Below are positions 19,924 through 28,525 of a DNA stretch of 32,000 nt, piece by piece. Source of the stretch: Methanococcus maripaludis (GTDB lineage: Archaea > AGJL01 > Methanococci > Methanococcales > Methanococcaceae); assembly GCF_002945325.1 (NCBI RefSeq), contig NZ_CP026606.1, positions 1,350,001-1,382,000 on the forward strand, read 5' to 3'. How positions within the stretch are numbered: position 1 is the stretch's first letter; each line of letters opens with the position of its first letter. A program made the translations under genes and the position numbers. The notes beneath the pieces are model-generated. The model did not search any database. It saw nothing but the letters and a program-made list of their open reading frames with translations, and was not told the origin of the DNA.

Positions 19924-21330
19924 ATGGACTTTAAAAATATTAATCTTGGAATTTTTGGACACATCGATCACGGAAAAACGACGCTTTCAAAAGTTTTAAC
20001 TGAAATTGCATCAACTTCGGCACACGATAAACTGCCAGAATCTCAAAAACGTGGAATTACAATAGATATCGGTTTTTCAGCATTTAAACTTGAAAATTAT
20101 CGTATAACTTTAGTTGATGCACCCGGACACGCTGATTTAATTAGGGCTGTAGTAAGTGCTGCAGATATAATCGATCTTGCATTGATTGTGGTTGATGCAA
20201 AAGAAGGGCCAAAAACACAGACTGGGGAACACATGTTAATTCTCGACCACTTTAACATTCCAATAATCGTTGTGATTACAAAGTCTGATAATGCAGGAAC
20301 TGAAGAGATCAAAAGAACTGAAATGATTATGAAGTCCATTTTACAATCAACACACAATTTAAAAAACAGTTCAATCATTCCAATTTCCGCAAAAACTGGA
20401 TTTGGTGTGGATGAACTTAAAAATTTGATTATAACTACGTTGAATAATGCAGAAATTATTAGAAATACTGAAAGCTATTTTAAAATGCCGCTTGACCACG
20501 CATTTCCTATAAAAGGGGCCGGAACTGTTGTAACTGGAACTATTAACAAGGGAATTGTAAAAGTAGGTGATGAATTAAAAGTTCTTCCAATAAATATGTC
20601 TACGAAAGTTAGGAGTATACAGTATTTCAAAGAAAGTGTTATGGAAGCAAAAGCGGGTGACAGAGTTGGAATGGCAATTCAGGGAGTTGATGCAAAACAG
20701 ATCTATCGAGGATGTATTTTAACTTCAAAAGATACTAAATTACAGACTGTTGATAAAATAGTTGCTAAAATAAAAATTTCAGATATTTTTAAGTACAATT
20801 TAACTCCAAAAATGAAAGTTCATTTGAATGTTGGAATGTTGATAGTTCCTGCAGTTGCAGTTCCGTTTAAAAAAGTTACATTTGGCAAAACGGAAGAAAA
20901 TATAATTTTAAATGAAGTAATTTCGGGAAACGAATGCTACTGCGCATTTGAACTCGAAGAAAAGGTTTTAGCAGAAGTTGGAGATAGGGTATTAATTACA
21001 AGGCTTGATCTTCCACCAACAACACTTAGAATTTGCGGTCATGGTTTAATCGAGGAATTTAAACCAATAAAAGACTTAAATATTAAAAAAGAAGTACTGC
21101 GTGAAGGAAAAGTTAAAATCGATAAGGGAAGAACCGTAATCGATGGGCTGGCTCAATCAAAGGTTGCAGCTGAAAAATTAATCGGTGAAGAAATATCTAT
21201 TGAAGGAAAAGATATTGTTGGAAAAATAAAAGGAACTTTTGGAACGAAGGGTCTTTTAACTGCAGAATTTAGCGGAAATGTTGAAAACCGTGACAAGGTA
21301 ATATTAAACAGGCTTAGAAGATGGGGTTAA
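19924..21330 (+). CDS. selB: Archaeal selenocysteine-specific elongation factor SelB
   Basis: G1 GHIDHGKTT, G3 DAPGH, G4 TKSD. The four-domain length of 468 aa matches the crystallised M. maripaludis SelB as I recall it. Confidence 0.9.
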   Translation: MDFKNINLGIFGHIDHGKTTLSKVLTEIASTSAHDKLPESQKRGITIDIGFSAFKLENYRITLVDAPGHADLIRAVVSAADIIDLALIVVDAKEGPKTQTGEHMLILDHFNIPIIVVITKSDNAGTEEIKRTEMIMKSILQSTHNLKNSSIIPISAKTGFGVDELKNLIITTLNNAEIIRNTESYFKMPLDHAFPIKGAGTVVTGTINKGIVKVGDELKVLPINMSTKVRSIQYFKESVMEAKAGDRVGMAIQGVDAKQIYRGCILTSKDTKLQTVDKIVAKIKISDIFKYNLTPKMKVHLNVGMLIVPAVAVPFKKVTFGKTEENIILNEVISGNECYCAFELEEKVLAEVGDRVLITRLDLPPTTLRICGHGLIEEFKPIKDLNIKKEVLREGKVKIDKGRTVIDGLAQSKVAAEKLIGEEISIEGKDIVGKIKGTFGTKGLLTAEFSGNVENRDKVILNRLRRWG

Positions 21331-21340
21331 GGTGGATTAT

Positions 21341-22294
21341 ATGAATACGATAAAAACCCCCTCAAAAATTATACTATTTGGAGAACACGCGGTAGTTGAC
21401 GGATATCCGGCAATTTCAATGGCACTTGATTTAAAAACAACTGGCGAAATTGAAGAAAATTTTGATACAATTTCAATAGATCTTGTAGATTTAAATGAAA
21501 TTTTTGAAATAACTCCTGAATTAATTAAGAATTTAGAAATTTCAAATTTCAGCCCTGCATTAAAGTATGTGGTTTGTGCTGTAAAATCTGTAATATTTTA
21601 TTTATCCGAATTTAAAAATTTAAAAGAGATAAAGCCTTTTAAATTAAAATTATATTCTGAAATACCGCTTAGTTGTGGATTGGGATCATCTGCATCCGTA
21701 GTTGTAACAGTTATCCGTTCGATTTCAAATTTTTATGGGATTGAATTAGATAATGATGAAACAATAAATCTTGCATACTCTGTTGAAAAAGAAGTTCAGG
21801 GTAGAGCAAGTGTAACGGACACTGCAACGATTTCACTTGGGGGTATGATTGAAATTGTAAACGGCGAGTACAAACCAATGCCTAAAAACTTGGAAGAATT
21901 TATAAAAACTTGCAAATTTCTGGTTGTAAATGTTGAAGAGAGAACTAGAAAAACTGCAGAACTTGTACATGACGTTTCAAAGCACCCTGAAAAAGAGCAA
22001 ATTTTTGAAGAAATTGGAAAAATAATTCAAAATGTAAGGCAAGTTACAGGCAAAGCAGAACTTGGAAAATTGATGAATGAAAACCACGAACTACTTCGAA
22101 AATTTGGAATTTCAACTGAAAAATTAGATTTGGTTGCAAAAGCAGGTCAAAAATACGCTTACGGGGGAAAATTAACTGGTGCCGGAGGAGGGGGTTCTGC
22201 AATAATACTTTTAAAAGAAGATCGAGAAGAACTTTTAAAAGAACTAAAAAAAATAGGCGTAATTGGAATTTACGAATGTAAAATGGCTAATTAA
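21341..22294 (+). CDS. mvk: Mevalonate kinase
   Basis: GHMP-kinase motifs PSKIILFGEHAVV, GLGSSASV and KLTGAGGGGS. ATG 21341 follows AAGGTGGA (21329-21336); the track start 21332 lies inside the SD. Confidence 0.9.
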   Translation: MNTIKTPSKIILFGEHAVVDGYPAISMALDLKTTGEIEENFDTISIDLVDLNEIFEITPELIKNLEISNFSPALKYVVCAVKSVIFYLSEFKNLKEIKPFKLKLYSEIPLSCGLGSSASVVVTVIRSISNFYGIELDNDETINLAYSVEKEVQGRASVTDTATISLGGMIEIVNGEYKPMPKNLEEFIKTCKFLVVNVEERTRKTAELVHDVSKHPEKEQIFEEIGKIIQNVRQVTGKAELGKLMNENHELLRKFGISTEKLDLVAKAGQKYAYGGKLTGAGGGGSAIILLKEDREELLKELKKIGVIGIYECKMAN

Positions 22295-22313
22295 AATTTT
22301 ATTTTATTTTATT

Positions 22314-23468
22314 TTACCTTTTTTCGCCTACTCCAACGTAGATTCTGTGTTTTCCAATTCTGCCATCACCAAGAGAATACAATTCGATATCACTTGTTCT
22401 TGCAAGCTCTTCAACTTTTTTTCTGCCAGTATCTCTTGATTTTTCAGAAAATGAGATAATTACAAAAGCATCATCTAATTCTTTTATTCCAATAACCGGT
22501 CTCGTGTTTAACTTTCCAAGTTCATCTATATTTTCAAGATGCAAGATAATCTGATCGGCATCGTTGATAAATGGGAAGTCTTTTAAATATTTGGTTATAA
22601 AATCGATGTTTTTAGTTCTTTTCTGTTCGTATTTTTTTAAGTTCATTCTGTGGTAGTTTAATTTTCCATTCTGGAACTCTCTAATTATGCTTTTTGAAGT
22701 CCTGTCAATATCGATTTTACCGTCTTTTGTAAGGAAATTTAATTTAGTTCCGATTTTTTCAAGAAGTTCTATATTTATCTCTTCACCAATTTCAAAACCG
22801 TAGTATTCTTTCAAAATCGTGTTATCGAATGTATGAATACGGCTTAATATCTTTAATGCTGGGGATATAACGTCATCCGCCTTTTCATATCTTAATGCGC
22901 CAGATATTACAAGTTCATCTTCATCTTTTGGCTCAATTATCCCTGGAGAATCTAATAGTTTAATGTCTTTTGTTAATTTTACCCACTGTTCTCCAACTGT
23001 TAATCCTGCGGTAAGTCCACTTCTTGCACTTTTTTTACCCGTTAATGCATTGATTATTGAGGATTTTCCAACATTTGGATACCCTACAATTCCTACCTGG
23101 CCATATTTTATGCTGTTTGAATTTAGGTAAGTCTTAATTTCATCCCTTAACATCTTGGTACCTAATTTTTCTTTGGCACTTACAAAAACTACGGAAGAAT
23201 CCGGATTTTCAGATTTGAATTTGTTTTTCCATTTTTCGAGGATTTTTTTGGGAACTAAATCTGATTTGTTAATTACGTAAATTAATTTTTTATTTTTTTC
23301 AATAGTGTACTCTTCAAGAGCTCTGTTTCGGGTAGTTTCTGGATCCCTTGCGTCAACGACTAAAAGTACAATATTGCATTCGTATATAATTTTATGAACC
23401 ATTCTTCTCATGGGGATTTTGTTTTCCATAGTATCCATCTTTAGGTGTTTTACTGAGTTATTTAACAT
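22314..23468 (-). CDS. Circularly permuted GTPase (YlqF/YawG family, MJ1464-like; ribosome biogenesis type) with C-terminal extra domain
   Basis: G4 VINKSD precedes G1 GYPNVGKSS and G3 LDSPG. The start is uncertain: in-frame Met codons lie at 23468, 23438, 23429 and 23411. Confidence 0.8.
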   Translation of the reverse strand: MLNNSVKHLKMDTMENKIPMRRMVHKIIYECNIVLLVVDARDPETTRNRALEEYTIEKNKKLIYVINKSDLVPKKILEKWKNKFKSENPDSSVVFVSAKEKLGTKMLRDEIKTYLNSNSIKYGQVGIVGYPNVGKSSIINALTGKKSARSGLTAGLTVGEQWVKLTKDIKLLDSPGIIEPKDEDELVISGALRYEKADDVISPALKILSRIHTFDNTILKEYYGFEIGEEINIELLEKIGTKLNFLTKDGKIDIDRTSKSIIREFQNGKLNYHRMNLKKYEQKRTKNIDFITKYLKDFPFINDADQIILHLENIDELGKLNTRPVIGIKELDDAFVIISFSEKSRDTGRKKVEELARTSDIELYSLGDGRIGKHRIYVGVGEKR

Positions 23469-23655
23469 AATTCGACTTAATATATAAGATAGCCTGTAGT
23501 TTTAAAAATAATATAATGGCTTTAAAAAAAGGTTTTTTGAATAAAATAGATTTACTACTGAAAAATTAGATTATTAAAGATGATTTAGTGGTTATCAAAA
23601 GCCATATATTCATTAAACGCTATTTAGCGAGTTACGGGCCTTTTTTGCGGTTAAT

Positions 23656-23781
23656 ATCCCCCATTCCTCACATAATCTATATATATCATGATATTGAAAG
23701 TTTATAGTGCACTTGCTTGTAGATAACATACAGGTGCTATTATCGTTGGATTAATGGGGATTATACGTTAGGATGTGGGAT
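23656..23781. repeat. Imperfect inverted repeat (22/23-nt arms, 19 matching positions) flanking an 81-nt AT-rich core
   Basis: The left arm ATCCCCCATTCCTCACATAATC (23656-23677) matches the reverse complement of 23759-23781 (ATCCCACATCCTAACGTATAATC). The core contains a TATA-like CTATATATA and a 7-bp hairpin, GCACTTG (23709-23715) / CAGGTGC (23731-23737). Confidence 0.75.
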
Positions 23782-23806
23782 TTTTTGGATTGAGTTCTGC
23801 ATCCGC

Positions 23807-23823
23807 TTTTTTTATTATTTTTT
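23807..23823 (+). terminator. Plus-strand oligo-T terminator (T7 + T6) following the inverted repeat
   Basis: GCTTTTTTTATTATTTTTT is on the strand opposite to both flanking genes, preceded by GGAT(23787-23790)/ATCC(23801-23804). Confidence 0.4.
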
Positions 23824-23851
23824 AAAAGAATTTAAAGTTTTTCTATTGGTT

Positions 23852-24973
23852 TTATAGTCTGCAAGGGTGAATATATCCTCCTGAAATCATTAAATCTGCA
23901 ACCGTTATTGCAGCCATTGATTCGAGTACAGGAATTACTCTTGGAACGATTATCGGGTCGTGTCGGCCGCCAATTTCGATTTTTTCAGTTTCATTTGATA
24001 TTAAATTTACACTGTCTTGAATTTTTGAAATTGAGGGGGTAGGTTTTATTGAAACCCTAATGACAACTGGAGAACCGGTACTAATTCCACCAATAATTCC
24101 TCCAGCATTGTTAGTTTTTTCATTTATTGAATTTTCATCAATATAATATTCGTCATTCATTTCGCTTCCATATAATTCTGAAGATTCAAAACCTCTGCCT
24201 ATTTCAAATCCTTTCACGGCATTAATTCCAATGAATGCACTTCCAAGTTTTCCTTCTAATTTATTGAATACTGGATTTCCAACTCCTTGAGGAATTCCTT
24301 TTATAATTATTTCAATTATTCCTCCAACGCTGTCTTTTTTATCCATTGCATCAAGTACATAATTTTTCATTTCATCGCTATTTTTTGAAGGGCATCTTAA
24401 GGGATTATTTTCCGTTTTTTCAAATAATTTTTCGATATTTGAATCACTTTCAAAGAATTTTGGGTTTTTATAGTAATCAAAATCTCCTTTTATTTTTCCA
24501 ATTTTTGTAGAGTAACCGATTATTTTAATATTGTGCGTAAATTCAATTAATTTTTTAGCAACTGCTCCACCAATCACGTTTCCAATTGTGGTTCTTCCGC
24601 TACTTCTTCCACCGCCCCTGTAGTCGTAATTTCCGTACTTTAAAAAGTAGTTTAAATCAGCATGTCCTGGTCTTGGGGTATCTTTAATTTTGCTGTAATC
24701 CTTTGATTTTTGTCCTTTGTTAAATACGAGTCCTGAAATCGGTGTACCTGTAGTTTTTCCTTCAAATATCCCTGAAAGAATTTCCACTTTATCTTCTTCT
24801 TTTCGCGGTGTTGAGAATATACTGTATCCGGGTCTTCTTCTGTTCAATTCATTTTGAATATCTTCTTCTAAAATGGGTAGATTTGCAGGACATCCATCAA
24901 CTACTGCACCTAATGCTTTTCCGTGGCTTTCCCCCCAAGTCGTTACTCTAAAATTATCCCCAAAAGTGTTCAA
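23852..24973 (-). CDS. aroC: Chorismate synthase
   Basis: NTFGDNFRVTTWGESHG N-terminal signature with GGGRSSGR and GGRHDP motifs. TTG 24973 lies 3 nt after GGTGAT (24982-24977) and gives the canonical (M)NTFG N-terminus. The track ATG 25012 would add 13 non-conserved residues. Confidence 0.9.
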   Translation of the reverse strand: MNTFGDNFRVTTWGESHGKALGAVVDGCPANLPILEEDIQNELNRRRPGYSIFSTPRKEEDKVEILSGIFEGKTTGTPISGLVFNKGQKSKDYSKIKDTPRPGHADLNYFLKYGNYDYRGGGRSSGRTTIGNVIGGAVAKKLIEFTHNIKIIGYSTKIGKIKGDFDYYKNPKFFESDSNIEKLFEKTENNPLRCPSKNSDEMKNYVLDAMDKKDSVGGIIEIIIKGIPQGVGNPVFNKLEGKLGSAFIGINAVKGFEIGRGFESSELYGSEMNDEYYIDENSINEKTNNAGGIIGGISTGSPVVIRVSIKPTPSISKIQDSVNLISNETEKIEIGGRHDPIIVPRVIPVLESMAAITVADLMISGGYIHPCRL

Positions 24974-25056
24974 TGTATCACCGTGATTTCGTAAGATATA
25001 AACATAATACATTCAATACATTAGATATACTGGTTTAAAAAATGAGGGGATGGATT

Positions 25057-26211
25057 ATGATTGCAGTTGTAGGTGGAGGACCTGCAGGTCTTTCATGTGC
25101 TCACGCACTCGCTAAACGGGGGCTTGATGTTGAACTCTACGAAATGGATAAACTCGGGGGAACCTGCCTAAATTACGGTTGTAGGTATGTAAATGCTTTG
25201 AAAGAAGTTGCAGACATAATTGATAATTTAAATGCAATAACTGGAAAAAAACATGATTTAAATGATATAATTTCACTTGACGAACTTCATGAAAAAGTTT
25301 ATAAAATTCACAAATCGATGCGAGAAAATGCAAAAAAAACGCTTGAAAAAAAGGGAATTTTTGTAAAATTTGAAGAGTTTAAGGAAGATTATGAAAAAAA
25401 ATACGATTACGTGGTTTATGCGACAGGGCAAAATTATTCTAAAAATTATTTAGGAATTGAATGTGCAACACACAAAGAACTTCCATATTTAAAAAAATTG
25501 CCAAAAAAAATTTTAATAATTGGTGGTGGGACTGTTGCAGCAGAATATGCTTCGATTTTTTCTATTTTTGGAAGTGATGTAACAGTTTATGCAAGGTCAA
25601 AATTCTTAAAAAAAATTAAAGATGATGAAGTCAGGGATTACATCATAAATGACCTTTCAAATTTTAAAATAACAAATAATGAAGAAGAAATGAAGAAAAT
25701 GCTTTACAATGACGAATATTTTAATATTTTGGCGATAGGCGGTAAAAAAAGATATGAAACAAACGAATATTTTCAGGTTTCTGGAAAATCAAAAGTTTAT
25801 GCGTGTGGAGATTCAGTAAGGGGCGGATATACACCAATTGCCAACCGGGAAGGCAGAATTGTTGCAGAAAATATATTTAATGAGATAAATAATCTTCCCT
25901 TAAAAAAAATGGATTATGGGGTGGAAGTTGCTACAATTCGAATGCCAATTAATATATCCGTTGTTGGAAAACAGACTAATGATTTTAAAACGTCTTACAA
26001 CCGTCCGGGAACAGGATATTACTTCAAAAAAGCTGAAAAACGTGGAATGAATAGAATTTATTATGAAAATGGAAAAGCAGTTGGAGCAGTTGTAATGACT
26101 AATTCGACTGAGCTTGCACCGTATTTTGCACAGTACTTAAAAGGAATTGAAGTTTACAAAGATTTTGTGGAAGTTTACCCAACAACAGATCCTTTTTACT
26201 GGCAGTTTTAA
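25057..26211 (+). CDS. Short class-I-like FAD-dependent pyridine nucleotide-disulfide oxidoreductase
   Basis: FAD motif VVGGGPAGLSCA, redox-active GGTCLNYGC (CxxxxC), second Rossmann motif IIGGGTVAAEYA. ATG 25057 follows GAGGGGAT; the alternative start is ATG 25042. Confidence 0.7.
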   Translation: MIAVVGGGPAGLSCAHALAKRGLDVELYEMDKLGGTCLNYGCRYVNALKEVADIIDNLNAITGKKHDLNDIISLDELHEKVYKIHKSMRENAKKTLEKKGIFVKFEEFKEDYEKKYDYVVYATGQNYSKNYLGIECATHKELPYLKKLPKKILIIGGGTVAAEYASIFSIFGSDVTVYARSKFLKKIKDDEVRDYIINDLSNFKITNNEEEMKKMLYNDEYFNILAIGGKKRYETNEYFQVSGKSKVYACGDSVRGGYTPIANREGRIVAENIFNEINNLPLKKMDYGVEVATIRMPINISVVGKQTNDFKTSYNRPGTGYYFKKAEKRGMNRIYYENGKAVGAVVMTNSTELAPYFAQYLKGIEVYKDFVEVYPTTDPFYWQF

Positions 26212-26249
26212 ATACAAATTAAATTATATTTTTTAAAAAATGGTATAGT

Positions 26250-26723
26250 ATGGATTTTGTTGCAGTGGGTATGGACCTTGTTAATACATATGGACTTTTG
26301 GCTATTTTTTTAATTGGATTTTCAGAGCCAATTTTCCAACCAATTCCAACCGAAGTTTTTATGGTGGGCGGCCTTGCTCTCGGACTTGATTGGCGGTATG
26401 TAATATTGGTATCCACGTTAGGGAGTACGTTAGGGGGAATTGTAACATATTTTATAGCTTCGAAATATGGTGAAAATCTATTTTTAAAACTATTTAACAA
26501 AGAAAAGTATTCAAGCGCAGAAGAATTTTTAACTAAATGGGGCCCTCTTGGAATAATTATTATAAGTTTCACCCCAATTCCATTTGAGGTTATCTGCTGG
26601 CTTTCAGGGATATTTAAAATGCCATTTAAAATTTACGTTTCAGCATTGATTATAAGCAGGATTATAAAACACGGGCTTGTAGTACTTCCTTTTGCGGCTT
26701 TAGGCAGTATATTTCCTTTTTAA
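26250..26723 (+). CDS. DedA/YqaA-family (SNARE-associated/VTT domain) membrane protein
   Basis: Four to five hydrophobic segments. The FSEPIFQPIPTEV motif and G-rich helix resemble COG1238/DedA proteins. Confidence 0.6.
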   Translation: MDFVAVGMDLVNTYGLLAIFLIGFSEPIFQPIPTEVFMVGGLALGLDWRYVILVSTLGSTLGGIVTYFIASKYGENLFLKLFNKEKYSSAEEFLTKWGPLGIIIISFTPIPFEVICWLSGIFKMPFKIYVSALIISRIIKHGLVVLPFAALGSIFPF

Positions 26724-26728
26724 TGATC

Positions 26729-26735
26729 TTTTTTT
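26729..26735 (+). terminator. T7 tract after the DedA-like gene
   Basis: A run of 7 T lies 6 nt after the stop codon. Confidence 0.4.
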
Positions 26736-26750
26736 AAAAATTTTATCGAT

Positions 26751-26761
26751 ATTTATAAATA
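26751..26761 (+). promoter_or_regulatory. TATA box candidate for hypC
   Basis: ATTTATAAATA lies ~60 nt upstream of ATG 26820. GGGTGA SD at 26808-26813. Confidence 0.4.
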
Positions 26762-26819
26762 GATTAATTGCAGATTTAGAAATATCACTTTTATCTTATG
26801 TTATTTCGGGTGAAATCAA

Positions 26820-27086
26820 ATGTGTCTTGCAATTCCATCAGTAGTTATCGATATATTCGAAGAAGATGGTGAAAAATATGCTCTTGCAGAATACAAGGGT
26901 GTAAAACAAAAAGCAAAACTTGCACTCATAGAGGGCGTTGAAATTGGGGATTATGTATTGATCCACACGGGATACGCTCTTGAAAAAATGAGTGAAGATG
27001 AAGCAAAATTGAGTTTGGATGCATGGGAAGAATTGTTTGATGTACTCGATGAAATGGATGGAGTCAAAAAAGAAAATTCTGAATAA
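26820..27086 (+). CDS. hypC: Hydrogenase assembly chaperone HypC/HupF
   Basis: Diagnostic N-terminus MCLAIP and the [11 protein letters not shown] core, at ~88 aa. Confidence 0.85.
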   Translation: MCLAIPSVVIDIFEEDGEKYALAEYKGVKQKAKLALIEGVEIGDYVLIHTGYALEKMSEDEAKLSLDAWEELFDVLDEMDGVKKENSE

Positions 27087-27111
27087 GTTAAATTGAAAAA
27101 ATAATTAATAT

Positions 27112-27300
27112 TTAGTCTTCTTTTACTGTTATTGCATCAGTTGGGCATACATCAACGCATACCATACATAATGTACAGTCTGATTCTTTTGCAACAACTA
27201 CTTTGTCGTCCTGAATTTCAAAAACTTCTACAGGACATGTGTTTACACATTCGGCACATTCTGGGCCTTTACATTTATCATAATCAATTACAACACTCAT
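27112..27300 (-). CDS. Small 2x[4Fe-4S] ferredoxin (62 aa)
   Basis: Two cluster motifs are present: CKGPECAECVNTCP and CTLCMVCVDVCP. ATG lies behind GAGGGGAT. Confidence 0.8.
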   Translation of the reverse strand: MSVVIDYDKCKGPECAECVNTCPVEVFEIQDDKVVVAKESDCTLCMVCVDVCPTDAITVKED

Positions 27301-27347
27301 TTTATCCCCTCATTTTGTTTACACAATATATTTTAAAACTCAAAGTA

Positions 27348-28283
27348 TTAAAATCTTGTAATATTGGGGCTGTTTAAAATCCGTTCAATGTTCCAGATTT
27401 CATTTAATACTTTCGAGTTAATATTTGCACGCAAAAACGGAACTTTAAATCCAATTGCTATGTGGGGAAATGATGTGTTGTTTCCAGAAATTGTTGGAGT
27501 TAATCCTTTTTCAATTGTGTAATTGATATAATAATTCATTTCTGTAAGTGTTCCCATTAAATATGGGTCTACTTTTGAAAAATCCGCTTCTTCATCGATA
27601 TTTTCAGTACATAAAATTCCGTCGAATTCGATTATTTCGGAACTTTCTAAGTAATCGAGTTCCTCGATTTCAGGGCTAAATTCAGAAATTTTTGCACCAA
27701 CTAATATTTCGATATCTTCTTCTTCTGAAATATTTGCGACAATTCCTTTGAATTTTCCAATGTCGTTGAATAAATTTTTAGAAATATATTCTCCATAATT
27801 ATTTTTAAAAGCGTATTCTTCAGAAAGTTCTGATAATAATTTATTGTAAATATATACCATTTCGCCAATCGATTCAGCCATAGGGATTGTCAAAAGCTGG
27901 TTTAAACCGTCTGAAACTAAAGAACATCCTACAATCGGGAGATTTGTCGATAATACTCCACCAATATGCTTAAACAATGGAATTTCAATACTGTTTGCAG
28001 CAGCTCTTGCAACACTTAACGAGGTACCCATTGTAGCTTTTGGGCTGTCTACTGAGGTGTCACATATTATTGAATCAATGATATCTTGGTCATACGCAGG
28101 ATATCCAACAAGCTCTGGAGCAATTACATTTTCGACATCAGAAATTATATAGTCAGGATTTTCTGCATTTATTGTATCATAACCAATTCCTTTATCGGTC
28201 AGTGTAGCAATCCTTACTTGGATTTTTGAGTCTTTAAAAACCTTTTTTGCAGTTATCCTTTTTATGGATGTGCTGTTTTCCAC
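27348..28283 (-). CDS. Enolase-derived protein lacking catalytic/metal residues (enolase-like pseudoenzyme), 311 aa
   Basis: By eye it aligns to enolase over its whole length. VENVIAPELVGYPAYDQDIIDSI...MGTSLSVARAAANSIEIPLFKHIGG matches the enolase N-domain, and SKVDPYLMGTLTE matches LLKVNQIGTLSE. SHRSGETED is replaced by SGNNTSFPH, QEFMI by QLLTI and LDAAASEF by LVGAKISEF. The gene occupies the eno slot after rpoK. Confidence 0.6.
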   Translation of the reverse strand: MENSTSIKRITAKKVFKDSKIQVRIATLTDKGIGYDTINAENPDYIISDVENVIAPELVGYPAYDQDIIDSIICDTSVDSPKATMGTSLSVARAAANSIEIPLFKHIGGVLSTNLPIVGCSLVSDGLNQLLTIPMAESIGEMVYIYNKLLSELSEEYAFKNNYGEYISKNLFNDIGKFKGIVANISEEEDIEILVGAKISEFSPEIEELDYLESSEIIEFDGILCTENIDEEADFSKVDPYLMGTLTEMNYYINYTIEKGLTPTISGNNTSFPHIAIGFKVPFLRANINSKVLNEIWNIERILNSPNITRF

Positions 28284-28314
28284 GAAAATCCCCCAAAAGA
28301 TTTAAAATAGTTAT

Positions 28315-28488
28315 TTAATTTTTAGCCTGTTTTTTAACACATAATGGGAGTTTACCCTGTTTTACTTCATCATCTGCTAGATCTAACGATGAAGTCTTTT
28401 CTGATTCGATTGCGAGTGGAGCACCGTCCGAAATTTGGAGGGATCTTGCACCGATTAATCGCGCAGTTTCAAATTTGGTTAATTTCAT
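28315..28488 (-). CDS. rpoK: DNA-directed RNA polymerase subunit K (Rpo6)
   Basis: MKLTKFETARLIGARSLQISDGAPL is the Rpo6 core. ATG 28488 lies 3 nt after GGGTGAT. The longer track ORF runs into the tRNA gene. Confidence 0.85.
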   Translation of the reverse strand: MKLTKFETARLIGARSLQISDGAPLAIESEKTSSLDLADDEVKQGKLPLCVKKQAKN

Positions 28489-28525
28489 AAAATCACCCAA
28501 AAGGACGTTATAAATTAATAAAAAG

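Noticed and set aside
23469-23851. Small ORFs, a C/D-box sRNA, tRNA/tRNA-Sec, or 7S/RNase P RNA in the long intergenic gap
   Set aside because: The longest ORFs are 12-17 codons without an SD. There is no RUGAUGA/CUGA box pair, no cloverleaf, and the region is far too AT-rich for SRP or RNase P RNA. The oriC idea is kept only as a remote alternative, because there is a single repeat pair and no adjacent orc1/cdc6 gene.
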